A DNA stretch of 64,000 bases from Balanoglossus misakiensis (Eukaryota > Animalia > Hemichordata): positions 1 to 64,000 of the forward strand of contig CM082593.2 in the NCBI GenBank assembly GCA_040954595.2, in the 5' to 3' direction. Below, one piece after another: positions 36,801-51,800 of this stretch. The notes below the pieces were generated by a model. That model did no database searches. It was not told the DNA's origin and saw nothing but the letters and a program-made list of their open reading frames with translations. The position numbers and the translations under genes were made by a program. The stretch's first letter is position 1, and every line of letters starts with the position of its first letter.

Positions 36801-39800
36801 TAAATATCACGCAGAACTCACATGAAACCATGGATACAGATATCTTTGATTACTTTGACGTCTAACGCGTATTTAGAATGTAGTACAAACGATGATTTGT
36901 TACCCACTGGTTCACAAGTATGAACGCCAGGAGATGCACATACATCATATTAAGTCGAGTTCTCAAAGCCGGAATTGCCTACACAAAACATTGACTACGG
37001 TAATATCTTAAAATCATGTTTTCCGACAATTATTATACTCTGATTCCAAACAGGGCACTCGTGATGAAAACCTTTCGTCTTTGTTATATTGTAAGTGAAA
37101 GTTTATCTGGTCAAAGGTCAAAGAACAGGAATCTCAAGTAAAAGGAATCTCAGAGTCATGTGAGAAAAACACAGACAAATAGTTATGACCTCGGGAATCA
37201 GGTAAATGTAATTCGTTTTTGTTTTCTAAATGGATGATGATCAAATCCGGAGATGGATTGAAAGGGAAAAAACACACATAAAAACAAGGCCATTCTATTC
37301 ATTAAACCATATGTTCATTTATGGAAGTGAATAAGAGCCGATCAGCCCATCAACACTCCCGATATTAAATTGAATTAGAGATTTTATTTCCGGCTGTCGA
37401 CACCTGATCACGCAGCGTGAGACACGATGCAACAGACCGGAAGTGATGACGCAAAAATACCGTCATCCGCTGAACGTCGTCCAATCAAGACGCTCGATTT
37501 ACTTTTAATTATGGAGGTTTATTGACAATTCGTGATAGTAGTTATAGTACGAATATACATCCATCTAATAGCATTACACTCTGTCTCCCGTACTACGGTC
37601 TTGCCAATTTATTGTGATGGTTACCGCAGTCTAACTGTGATGAAAAACATACTGGCTAATTCAAATATTGAATTTTCTTAGTGTTCCCCTAAGGCAGACT
37701 CTATCTTAACTTTTACTGCTTTGTATACCATGTAGGCTAGTTTGGGTCACCATAATCTAATTAGATTTGAAGCAGTCTATGTGTAGCAGAATGGATTGGG
37801 AAAAGCGCCACTATTGGTCAGTTTTTTTACTACGATATGCGGCAGATACGCCTATTTCTTTTGTATTCCGAATCTGTATTTAAAAATGGCGGCCATCACA
37901 GTGACGATGGACAGCGCCTCCTTATTAGCAAAATTGTATCTTATAGGTATAATTTATGTCTCTGTAAACTACCAACAAAATGTGTACCTAGATTATGAGG
38001 GCAGTTATGAAAACATAACACTAACATATCAAACACACGTAATATTAACACAAAACTATTTATGAAGGTGACATTTATATATGAATTTTCATGGTGATTA
38101 AATTCAGCGAGATAATTACGTCAGTGATCATAGCAAAATAGTTTGCAAGAGTTGCTGAGTAACAGATCTGACCTCTGACCCCACTAGAATATGGTACTTC
38201 AGACAAATGCATCGCCGTGAAATCCGAGTCATTTTTAAAGGTTACCAAGAATAGCTGGGACAATGACCATACAACATACTTTTTGTGGTCTGGTTTGGCC
38301 ATCAGTGTCATGTTTCAATATTGACCAGAAAACGCACTTTTGCATTTGATGTTAATTTGTAGTCCATATGTTTTTCTGAGTAAATCTTTACGACGAGGTT
38401 TTCAGATTTGTTCAATATTTATGCATGATGTATACTACAAATCACTCTGTCCTTATAACCTGACAAGACCTGATTTGACATTAAGTAATTTAACCATTAA
38501 ACGGTTCGCCCTTGACAAAATAGTTTAAATTGATCATTCTATGCAGAGTCCCCGCGATACGTATTAGCATTGCGTACTGATCTACATACATGTATTTTAT
38601 ACAAAAAACTGTAAACGTGTAGACATACTAGTGGGTAAAATTGTTTAAGTGATTGATGTTACTAATGGCGCTAGGAAATCCTGTTGGTAGGAATGAATTC
38701 GCGAAGATCCTGGTACAAGATGCGTTTGTTTGTGACAAGTGAAAATGATGAGCAATCAGCGAAACCGATATAAATCATCTGGTTAGCACATATACTGTAC
38801 CTAAATAAACAATATTGGTGAAATAATTCATAATAAGACGGCAGCTATTCCAATAATGCCGGCGGCGGGGAAAATGTGCTCAGTGAGTGACCTCACCGAC
38901 ATGTGCGCTATCCATTAAATTCTGATTTCGAAATATCGCAAACTGATATTTATAACATCGTGAAACCGATCCAAATAGTTTTAAAAAATCAGATGCTTTG
39001 TTTCAGATCTTCATACCAAACCATCAATTTCATGTGCGTTTGAAAATTTTGCTTAGTTCACCTCATGACACTCTTGAGGTGAACACAACCAAACGGGGTA
39101 TACTTTGTTGTCAAACTACGAATGCGCCATTTTGAAAAAAAACTACATCTGAATTACATTTTTTAAAGTTTAATGTTTTCTACCGAGATAAATATGTTTT
39201 CGGATTATAATATCATACGCGTTTGCCTTTTTGCAACTTCCATCCGAAATCATGCATCATGATTAAACTGATTGATTAGCCTGGTAATTATATGAAGTCA
39301 TTTTTTACGGAAACGTCTGCTCTCAGATTTCCTCTAACTTTGTTTTCATTTTTCCCCGTGATTCCCAAGGTATTAAGAAGAGCAATATTTACAACTGATT
39401 TCCAAGATAGTCTGATAAAAAATTGGTGCTGGCATTTTCAAGTGCAATGTCTTATTTTAATAGGTTAGATTAAATGAGGTGTTTGAAGATAAATTGTTAA
39501 ACATGTATTTATTTTGTTCATGTGATGTCTGGGCATTGGATAAAACTGGGCAAGCAGGACCATTAACCTGCTGATTGGTATGGCAAAAATCGACATCTTT
39601 TGAAAGTCTGCTTTTGAATGGGTACTTGGTTTGAAGCAGTTTGTTTACTTGGCAATATTCCAAAACCAGTACTGTATCGGTTAATACCAAATGTGTACCG
39701 TGAGCTATGCCGTCCACGTGACATGTTGAAAATTTCTTTGTTGAAATTTATAATCCCCGTATTAGTAGTACTTGTATGGTATTAATACAGGAAGTTCCAC

Positions 39801-42800
39801 TTGTATCAGTGGGCAATTTCAGTTGTTACGCGAACCAAGAGAACGATTCCCGATACTAAACACCTGGCCAGTTGTGTTCAAATTTAAAATTGAATGGACG
39901 TGATGCCAGGGAATTCTCCAAATGTAAACATCAGTAACGTTGTACTTTTCTTACCTTTGAATTCTTCGTGTTGTTTGCATCGCTGACTTCACAGCTATTT
40001 GTGATCACTTTCACCATGTCTTCGTTGTTGGATGTTTTGGCGATGTCTAGTGGGCTACGTCCCGCCTGTGTGTTCAACAACAAAATAATAAAAATATACC
40101 GACGTCAGATGGGTTCTTTGGCAGGATACTCATCTCAAATGATCAACACAAGGTCAGAATAATTCATTCCGAAATTAATTCTTCTCGGGGACAGAGTGCA
40201 GCGCGCAGCGATTTTCACACCGTGAATAAGAAGTACGCAGCAGTAGAGCGCCATAAAAACCGAATATTACCTTCATTTCAAATTCGGTTTCTATGCATGC
40301 GTTGAGCGTGGAAACTATGATTGTTGTACGCGGTGGCACACACTGACTTGTGGGTTCTTTATCGCCAATTTAAACCGCTCAAAGTCGGACACATCAAATC
40401 CGCTCTTAAATGAATGTCATTAGAGTTGATAGCTTCTACGTGGTGACATACCTCCCGGCATACCTACCAACCTCAAGAGTTCTCGTCCAGTGATAAATGC
40501 TAAGTAAACTTTGCAAAAGGTTGGTATAAGCCAACGGTACGATACCACAGTGATGCAAAATAAATACACATCCAGTCTGGTGGACACAATGAACGTTTCC
40601 ACAGAATTGTGTTAACTTGGTTCATTCGACTTTATACACTACGTTAACGAGATTTTGCGCGATCGTAAAATATATAATGGCATGTTATTACGATGCTTTG
40701 CAGAAACGAGACCGTGTGATCAGGATTAAAACAATCTGTTCTCTCATTGGCTGGTCATGAAGAATCGTCAATTTTAGTGTTTGCCATGTTGATATTTCAC
40801 AAACCGTGTTTCCTGTTCATGGGAAAGGAAAACGGGATAGCCGAGTTTGTTTAATTGACTTCTTAAAAATAAACTATGAATTTTCAGAACATGTGGAAAT
40901 GTTGATGCCATGCGTGTTTTAATCTTATATCGGCTCCGAACACAGTTAGAGTGACTCTCGCCTTTCCGAGTAATGACTATACAACAACACGTTTCGCTGA
41001 AAGTATAATTTGTCTGTGGCAAAATGAATTAACCAGTTTGACGGGATCATCGACCTACAGCGTAATTTATGATTTAAAAAGTCACTCTCCACGAGAAAAA
41101 CGTGACAGTAAATAAAACACGTATGTTGTTACAGAGTTCAGATTGTGACGAATGATGGCATTGCCTGTACTACAACTGTTTTGATAACCCTGAAACACTG
41201 AAAACTTTATATATTTCTTGTAGGCCTACTCGTATGTATGAACTTCCTCCATCAGTAAAGACGAAGAACTTATTCGCCGTGTCTTAAATAAGACATTCAG
41301 GAATAAATTACAGTACATTTGAAACAGATGAAAAGTGAATAAGATATGGAAAAGCTTGAAAGGTCATAATTTCTGAAACCCAACGAGAAATATATCGATA
41401 AAATATTGTAACATTATACAACATGACGGATCTATTTTTGTACTGAATAACTCCAAGAGAGCTGTTCAGTGATACCCATATTTGTCGGCGATACAAATGT
41501 CGAAGACTCGTAACCACGGCAACGAAAGTATGATAACAATAATTTGGGGAGTAAACAAGAATATAAATATGTTTGCGTTCGTCATTAATCAAAGTGTGCA
41601 GCAAACAACCGACCTACTTCTACTCATCCGCATGAAATCTTGGTAAATGTTTACACAGTGTAGATGATAAGATTATATTACAAGTGAATTACATGGATAA
41701 ATATCTTGTATCTGATCTCAGATGTCAAAAAGCCAAAAAGTCACCCACTATACACCCGAAAAAACCATCATAGATCAATTTCCTTTTTTGTAAGTGCTGG
41801 TTACAACCCAGTGAGTTACCGACAGTAAATCGTAAAGTCGTCCTTTATAATTGTGAATGGGGAATTCTTTCAGCAAAATGTCATTCAAAAATAAAGAGCT
41901 ATTTATAAAAATGTTGATTTCGACAACGAGGAGGAGGATGCTGTCAAGCCTCGTCTCTATGATCACATGAAGGTAATCTTCAAATACATTGATTCTAAAA
42001 ATAACAAAGTTTGTTTAATTTCAAGCGTCTGTATTTATTTCAATCCATCACGGAGTTATGGCTTTGTTAACATGACAGCGAAAATACCACTTGTTCGCGT
42101 TATGACGGCGATTTTTTTGTCACGCTGTAATCAATTAATGAAATATGTCAGAGTGATTCATAAGAATTTAGATGTACTGAAGACATGCTGATACGCCGAC
42201 ACAGGGACAAATAGTTTGAGTTATTCATGATCACTTTTATCGGTGATAACACTGGCTAGCTTGCAAGACCGGAAGACCTAGAAATCGCTGAAGCATTTAA
42301 CATCGTGAAAGAGAATATGTGTGTTCCTCAAAGACCTATGACCAGACTATATTTTAACGCAAACATGTATCAATGCTCCCATGCAGAACAGTACATGTAC
42401 ATTGAATTCACTAATTAACACATGACACCAATGTCAGCTATAGATGATAATTTCTGATATCAGAATTCAAATGATTGTATATCATCGAAAAGTCTAAGTA
42501 AGTTGTCTTTTAAGAGTTAGCCGATTATTATGTTGGGCTTTTGGAGTTTAAAGATTATAATTTGCGGTTAACTGTCATATTGCTCAAAATTACACTTAAC
42601 TTCTAGACGGCTAAATGGGTGCTAGATTTTACAAAAACGCTGACTGCAAGCTGTTTCCAGGAGCCAGTCTTTGTTTAATGTTTCATTTGGGTTAGCTAAG
42701 CGATCACAGATCTGTCATGGAAATTTCACTGTCATCGTTTTTGACAAATCTCAATGCCTGGCAATACCCATCAAATCTGCAACCTTATTGAACATTGTAT

Positions 42801-45800
42801 TTATTTCGTAGTTACGAAGTAAAACAACTTGAAACCAGCTTCTGACGTCATCGTCGCTATAGATACACACAAGTGACATTTACTGTTGAAGCGATTCTGA
42901 TTCGATGCATCGTTTTCATATCGTTGTCATGACAACAGAGTTACGATTTCCCCTGCTAAAATCGAGTGTATTTTACAAGGGGGTCGACTATAATGTTGGT
43001 TTATCGACATTTTTTGGCAAAGTAGGTTTATGTCTCTAGTTTGAGCTGATTTCATGCTGCAGGTTCGACGCGCGGTCGGCTTTTAAATAGCGTTTCGTTT
43101 AGGTGAACTTTGATGTGAACTGTCTTCCATACAAAACAATGTCATAAACAGGCATTTCGGTGACAGCGAAATGCCATTATGCAGATATTAACGAGAGGGA
43201 ATGGAAGGTCTTGCCTACAGGTAGTCATAAACACTACATTGAAACGTTCCCATCGACGTTGTAGGAAAAATGACATACTGTGAAAGTTAACTCACCAGTC
43301 GGGTCAATAATCAAATAAAAGTAAATCTTCACGCTACCTTCATCTCCTGCTAAGACAACCACAGAAGTGAACACCAGCATTGCCTGACAATATTTAAGGA
43401 CGCCGCCAACGGCGACACCAGGGTAAATTTTTCCATCTTGATATGATCAGTATGTTAGCGCCATTGGAGTCTTGGTCTCTTGCTTGCCAATAAATCGACT
43501 TGACTTGAAGCATACACAGCAGATCGAATTCCAAAAGGGATAAATGTCGAATCAACATTGATGAAGTCTGGCGTCAAAATTTGATCGTAACTTCAGGGAG
43601 TTAAACCGCAGACTGAGGAAACCGTGTCAGTGCAAAGCGTACCGCAAGGTCAATGCTCTAGTCGAAAACAGCTTACTGACTAGCTTTCGAATAGACTATT
43701 ATACTTATACCTTCCTTCAAGATATCCCAACATATGACATAATATGAGTTGCTGTATCAGCACACGACACTAGAACACAATTTGTCCACTGGAATGTATT
43801 TTATAAAACTCTCCATTTTCACAACAACACGTTGAATCTCGATTCCTGTAATTGATTGAGTAAAGATTAGTAAAGATATCACGACTTGCTAGTGAAACAC
43901 TTGGTCTGCCCTAAACATGTCCTTCCCATTCCACATATTTTATTGCCTACTTCATCACAAGGCCTGCATATGGCCTTTATGACTCTATGACTTGAATATC
44001 GTTTCATTTGAAATAATTCAACAACCAATGTCTTCGATTTATTCTACCGAATCTAAAATACCGTTTTACTTAATATTCCACTTGTCAAATTCAGAATTTT
44101 CACTCATGGCTGTGTATTAGATTAACCGAAGTGCGATTTATATTTGTTACACCGTGCGTAGCACGATATATGTTGCGAGTTAGATGACGTGTAACATGAT
44201 AGTGAACTTGCGACCGATGAACTTGGTAATATCTCGTCAACTTAAAATCCAACAGAATTTTCATTCAATACTGGCTGATCTTTGACTAAAGCATCGAAGC
44301 CATACAACTTTGGTCATGTTCTGATGTTATTGCAAATCCAATTGACTCAGATGGCCCCAGTATGCCTTCGAGTCAGTTGACCTCACAGATCATCGTGGTA
44401 AAAGTTGCAACCGAGCCCTGGGACATCCCGATATATACATATTAAAATATGCTAATTGTCTCATTAAAAGACTCCATTGGCATGTCACCGTTGATTTCCT
44501 ACTGTCAGGGATCATGCCCGCGGCTATTAATTTCAAAATTCTTTGTACGACATGGAATTGTCAAAACATAACATAAATCAACGGGTCGTTTGTGCTGCCA
44601 CGATGTAATGCCTGACATATTCGTCTGACCAGTTTCGTCCTTCAACCGCCCAAGGTAATCAGTATCTGCCTGATTTAGTATAATGATTGCTATTCCCAGA
44701 CTCGATTCCAAACCGAGATTAGACAGTGAAGTGAACATCGTATTGATCAAGGTGGCTCAGCTCGTTCGCTTTTTGCACGGTCTGAACGCAAATTCTTTTT
44801 ATCAAATAATGATCCTAAGTCAGCCTGACGGAACATACATACATACATACATTGCAGTTGAGAAACGGCCTACATGCCTGCGTGTTAAACTGCACCAAGG
44901 GATTAATATTGCGGCAATACACATTTCAAGCATAATTGATAAAGAATTTACTGTCTAATTTGATGCCTTCTAAAATGTATACTTTATCGGTCAGTAAATC
45001 ACAGATGTCTAAACTTGATGTTTGGATACATTGTGATGCCGTAAAAAGTCCTATTAAGTTATACGTTTAGGCTGGCAATTAGAATGTAATATATGGACCA
45101 TTTTCTATTTAAAGCAGAAATGTGAGCAACTTTCAATTTCCAATAGCAATTACTATTAACTATGTGATAATTTCATGTCTCAAATTCGCATTTCATGCCT
45201 TAGGCTAAAGAATGATGAAAGTGAAGAAAATGCTTGACATTTGTAGGCATTGCGCAAAACAGCTGGTCGGTCCCAGAAGCAGGTCAACGGAACTACACGA
45301 CAATACCATTTTACTGTGTGCTTTGAGCAATGCGCTCATGAATTCGCAAAAAGCGATTTGGCAGTAAAATATTTTCCTGTGGTGAAACTTATCATTGAGA
45401 AGAAATGAGAAATCGTTTGGGAGTGCTAGGCCATGCGACATGACGACCTTCAACAAGACCATTGCAGTTTGAATTGAATAATGATTAAGCATTCTTGGTA
45501 TGACAAACCTTGGAGATGTATTACTGATAGCTCGGCCGCAGAGACGTCGTTTATATTTGTCAAAATGTCGACTTCATAATCACCATGCCCTGTGAACACT
45601 GGAGACGCCCGATCCAACGGAATCGAAATTCGGCTACAGATACTTGAGAAAGATAAGGATTGTCATTTCTATTCAGCAGTGATTTACAAATTTGCGGTAT
45701 TTCCACAGTATGTACAGAAACGCATTTGATTAAGATGACGAGTCTTACAATGATCTCTTACAACTATTCGCCATATGTCGAGTATATGGTAGTCATGGAA

Positions 45801-48800
45801 TCGTGTGTGTAAGAAGATTCTATGCAGCAATGCGTAACTTCAATACATGTCTTCCTTCAATGGTTGTATCGCAATAACGGGTTTATCGCACCGTTGCTCT
45901 AAAACCACCAATTGTTCACTTACCTCTATGAGTTAGGACATACCGTACATAAAATTCTCATTGACAAGAGGTTGCGTTGAAGACACAAACCATTTAAAAT
46001 ACAAAGTATGGTCAAATAGTTAGTTTGGACTATTCCCTTTATATCTCAAACGTAGATTTTGGGTGGGTTTTAAGCAAATTTGAAACATGAACAAATACAA
46101 CAGGGAAGGCTTGTTTCTGAAAGTTCACCTCTCTGCAAGTACTTTGGATTATTAATAGTCATTCGCTAATGAAACACTACTACACCATATCCAATCAATT
46201 TACCTACTTTTCTTTCGCGGAATATTGCAAAAAGTGACGTCAATTACATTTATGCTTTTGACATAGACGGAATATGTATGAAGCACAGTGGAGTGTTATC
46301 AAAGCCTATCATTGAGAACACGGCAGCTCAAATTTCTCCGACAAATAGTGATACAAATATTTTGATAGCAAAGTGCTCAATTTATTGATCTCTGAGCTCT
46401 GACCTCTCGACAGCAAACTTGACGATATTTACAGAACAAGTAGAAAGATTAAAATATGCATGGCGACCTATGACCAGGAAGTACATGAGTCATAGCGTTT
46501 CGGAATCATTGTTATTCGATTTTATTTTTGCTTGACATTTTGAGAGTAACAGCAAACATTCTTTAGAATATAATGGAAGACCCTCTGGTGTTAACATTTA
46601 CAGAATTTTACAAAGTGTCTGAGAACTGCACAATAGACAGATATTTATAGCAAATTACCCATTAAAATAAATTATACTTTACTTTTCAGACTGAAAACAT
46701 CTCTCGCGTTTTATATCATTATCCCGACAATAAATCGATCAATGTCATTTACTGCATTAAAGATGACATCATTATAGTTCAAATCTGTAAAAGAGATTTG
46801 GAGTAAACAAACCCCACAGGCACCAATTGTGGCATGAACAGTTTTGCTTTTGATCTCTGCTTTCAACTAGCTAACAGACAAAGATCGCAGGTAACATAGT
46901 AATAGAAATAGGTAATAAGTGTTATTCGATTTGAAAATATCCTGGGCATAAGTATTTTCAGGACACGAAATTTCCTCAAAAAGTCATCTTCAATCAGACT
47001 TCTGGTATGTTGTCCATTCACTTACTTGTCAGAACCCCCCCCCCCCCCCCACCCTGTGTCCATCAAAAATACCAACCAGATTAGCAAGACTGCAAACGTT
47101 CCCAGACAATTTTATTTCAATCTGCGCTCCTGAAATAGCTTGACAACTTGTCACGCACATATATTCAGGACAAGAGATATTTGTTTGTCAAACGAGAACT
47201 GTAATTTCGAGACCCTAAGCAAAGCAAAGCAAAGCAAAGTAAACTGCATTTTGCCATATTTCAGAAGTATGCAAAATGGAAAGGTGCGTGCCTTTCTAAA
47301 ACATTTATTTCTGCCTTCAGCGAGGTATTTAAGGGTGTCGAAAATACAAGAGTGAGGGGCCAAAGTGCGGGACACGCACAGTGCAATAAATGGCACTCTG
47401 CGGGAATACACGCACACTGCACAAGATGTGGGACTCTGCGGGACCCTTGGCTTTGATTACATGGAGGAGTTCGATCGTACATTTTCTACTATCATGTTGC
47501 ATTTCGAGGAGGTCGATCGTGTTTGCCCGACATTTTCTACTTTCATGTTGCATTTCGAGGTCGATCGTGTTTTTGACAATGTCCGACGACATTCGGGCGA
47601 ATGATCGGGCGATCAACCGCCCACGATCGACATTTTCTACTGTCCTGTTGCATTTCGAGGAGGTCTTTCGTGTTTTTGACGACGTCCGACGACATTCGGG
47701 CGTTGACAATAATAAATGATCGGGCGATCAACCACCCACAATCGACATTTTCTACTGTCCTGATGTTGCATTCGTAAGTGGTAAACCCAAGGATGACACA
47801 CGTTTATGCAACGTCGTTCACAAGCCATACAGGCCTGGCTCATTTTTTTCTCTGTCCGAGTACACATTAGGTTACGTGTTGTTCTGCTCTGCCGAAAAAT
47901 CAAACAGTCCCTTCCTAGATCTGCGTACTGGTCTGTGTGTTCCCGGTTACACTACACGGCCTCCAGTGGTGGAGGCCCTGCGCGTCGGATAATTCCCGCA
48001 GAGTGCCATTTATAGCACTGTGCGTGTCCCGCACTTTGGCCCCTCACTCTTGTATTTTCGACACCCTTAAATACCTGCTTCAGCAAAATCTCACTGTGTC
48101 CTTTTGTTGCCTCGGCCTGTAAGTGCGGAGTTTTTATCGACAACACGCGTCTATCACATGGTTGCTAACCCAAGTCGACTGCCACACAAAAATGAATGCG
48201 TACACTCTACGGGCTTTTTTCAAAACATTCTAGGATACATCTGCGTTTTAGAGGTAAATCTCAAATTGTTCGGAGCAGGTCGATCTTCTCTGGTAGAATA
48301 AACTTAACTTTGTTGTGTCACTCTGGCATAAACAATTAAATTTTACACGAACGTGTTGACAAGCTACTAGTATTTTAGACAGATGCGGATCAACTTTCAC
48401 GTATTAGTAACGGGTATTTATCTTCTTTGAATCAAATGTCACATGTAAATGGCATGTTTCCTGATTTCCTATGCAGTAAATATTTACATTTTTTCCACGA
48501 TCTTAAGTCTGCTTCGAAGTGACATTCGGGTGTAGGAATGGCCTTGAGTTGGGTCTCTATTCTATAACGCCAAGGTCTGATAAAGCCTCATTTCTTAAAT
48601 TAGGTCAGGGAGTTGATTTTGTATTACAGCATCCAATGTTTGGCCTAACGAGAACACTCTCAATCCAAGCGCTAATCCCTCCTTGTATTGTTATCAACAC
48701 AGTGACGGGTGTGCTAATAACAACAAAACTGCATTTTTCCAAATCGCCGACTCGACACGGACACACATAAAAAAGCTCTTCAAGAAAACATGCCGTCACG

Positions 48801-51800
48801 ATAAACCATGTTATCACTACGGCGATAAAACAGTAGAGGCATGTCGCTTACCTTGTCTTTGGCGGTGGGTACGAAACCTTTGTCTAACAGCAGTTCCACA
48901 ATTTCAACACTTCCTGTTTCGACGGCCGCGTGGAGGATGGACAACTGTCCCTGGAAAAGACCATTAAAGACAAGTGTTCTGGTTACATAAGCAACATTCG
49001 CTTCAGTCTTATTTAAAAGGAACACACGTAGTACCGCAGATATGTATGATCTCTCATTGAGTAAAGGCGCCAGGCGTTCAAAACACTTGAACGGAAGGCG
49101 TACGCGCAATTGACGGTGAGATCTTTGTGATAACCGGGGAAACGTAAATTCTGACAAGAAATGGATCGGCTGCTGACTACAATCTGACAGAATACGGCGT
49201 AAAAATTACGTACAACGCTACAAAGTTGAATGTCGCCTCAAGCGAAATAATCACTACCGCTCACTTGACATGTCAACAATTGGTTTGCTTCTACCAAGTG
49301 CCTTTTCTGAGCTCGGCGTCGTTTTAACGACACGCACTAAATTGTGTTATTCTCAGTGCTAACTATTGACCGATGTCGAAGTAAAGAGAAAAACCACAAT
49401 CATTTCACATCTAAAAAAAATCTTGTAACAAGAAAGATGGTAACTTTCCCCCATTACAGCGTCTCCACATTTCGCTCCCTTACCTATAGGCTTTTATCAC
49501 CGTGCATTGAATGAGATTCGTCGCGTTGGAAATAGTTTAGTCAAGGCAGCGCCACTACATGCAATAAACTTAAATATGTATCCCAACCCCATTTACTAGA
49601 TCCTGAACTGTTAGCATATGAGGAATCTCTGTAGCCAATCACGTGCGGTGTTTCAAAGTGCCTTTCCAGGTAGACAAACCTAGCGATTACTAGTGTTACG
49701 CCAAATTATCTAAACATGGCTATTTCGCTCTAATAAGATTCCATAGCAACCGCACAATGCCGGGGTAATTTATAATATCCTGGGTAAGCCTCTCATTTCT
49801 TTCAATTACTGTGAGCAATCTCAGAAAAATTCAATAGGAGAGACTCAGCAAACGACACATTAATTTGCTGAAAATCACACGGCAAATAACATTACGAGAG
49901 ACATGTTAATTTCATATATGATTGTCTCATTAGTACTAAAAAGATGGAAAAGCAAAAAGCTTACAACATAATGATCGTGTCACCTTATCGGATATTTGAG
50001 TAACCATGTCTTCAGCATTTATTAAAATTTCAGGTAAAATATGGACAAAGGTTGGCATTCAATGGACAAAACGACAATAAGATGCTGAGCGAAATCACGT
50101 GCCAAGCGATAATCACGTACTGAGCGATAACCACGCGTTAATCAGGGTTACGTCCTATTTTTTCATCCAATATCTCGTTATGAATCAAAGGGGTACAAAG
50201 TAGTTATCTTCCGATATTATATATTCTTATTCTTCTTTTGAACGATATTTACTAATTGTGTTCTGTCAGTTTTCGATTCATAATTATGCAAAGTACATTC
50301 CAGAATTTATACCGTGGAAGTGTGTATATGGGAGTTTCATTGAAGATATAGTGAGCGACGACTTACTTGGCATGAAGAGCAACATAAGGAATTTCTTTCA
50401 TTAAAGGCCAACGATCGTCTCCTGCGCATGTGCATAACTTCGTGTGTATAAACATTACATCCAATCCAAATGTTCTGCAAATTTTGCGTTCGACGCATTC
50501 AAATTGTGGACTGCGGGTGTAGGATCAAAGACATGACCTGCCCTACTTCACCTGGCATCCGAAGGATGAACTTTGACATGAATTTCGATAATTTAGTCTG
50601 GTTTCAACAAATTTATACGTGTATTTTATGGCCATAGGTCAGCTGATCAAATATCGTTGCTATGGTTACTGCGCCTGCGAATGGGGAATCACTTTATAAC
50701 CCTGATTAAACAGCACGTACGACATGGGCGTAGCAAGTCAACCCTACTTTAAAGTGGAAATTTAAAACGTCATGACCCACTTGAAATCATGTGACACTGT
50801 CTAAGTAGGTGAAATAATAGAAATGTATGGTATCGTGAGTATACGTTTAAAACTGGCCACACCGTTAACGTTATTGTTTTGCATACAATAAAAAATAAAA
50901 GAAACACGAGTCAGCGCCATGATGCTAGAATGTGCGTTTCCCTGAAGTGACGGATGAATCATTGGACAATATTACAGCTAACAATGGCTTTGTTAGGGTT
51001 ACCATATCATACATATTCATAAAAAGACAAATTCTTTCAATAATGAAGTCATAAATTACTCAGTCCATCATACTTAATAGATTATGTCAGAATAATACTG
51101 CGTGATTTGCGAGATCCTAGTCAGTCTTTGACACTGTCATATTTTACAAACATGGTGCAGTTATCGTCTTCGAGTTAGTGAACATGTAACACAATCGCGC
51201 AAAATGCTACCGTGACCCTTCATAGCTATTTCAAAAAGGCTTAAAATCCGTGATCTCACACCACAAGATTTTATTATCGAAATTTTCTAACCAAAAAGGA
51301 TGTGAGTGCGTTTTGCGCATGATGTTTGAAAACATTCATGCCTACCTGCATCAACATACATGTACATCTGTAAGAACTAGTGTTACAGCGCCGCAGTCGG
51401 TGATAGATACAAATTTCTTTCCTTTACAAAGTTTTGAACGGATCATTCTTGCCATGTTACGTTGCAACAAGAGCTACATGTAATGTCTAGGACTGGCCAG
51501 CTTCTCATCAACGCTATCGGGGAAAAAGCGAAAGTTGCCGAGGTAAGATTTCGCGCGAATCGATAATAAAGTATGGAAATGATTGTCTCGATGTCGCTTG
51601 CACGAGTAGTCTTATTAGTGAATGCATGCTACATTTTTGCTGTTCCAATTTAAAATGTGTATGATCTCAGAAAACTAGAGGCATTATCTCAGACTATCGA
51701 GTTGTCTGAGGTATGAGCAATCCGCGGTTTCAAGTACGGTCGAGTGATTGATTGATTCATTGATAGGCTGCGTTGTTTGAATGCTTCGAACATTTTATTG

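Noticed and set aside
43337-43392. Candidate extra minus-strand exon in intron 2
   Set aside because: About 46 nt with weak splice sites; would shift the frame between two phase-0 ankyrin exons that already join well.
47958-47970. GGCCTCCAG(TGGT) in the MITE resembling the 57-bp satellite
   Set aside because: Only 9 bp identical; expected by chance.
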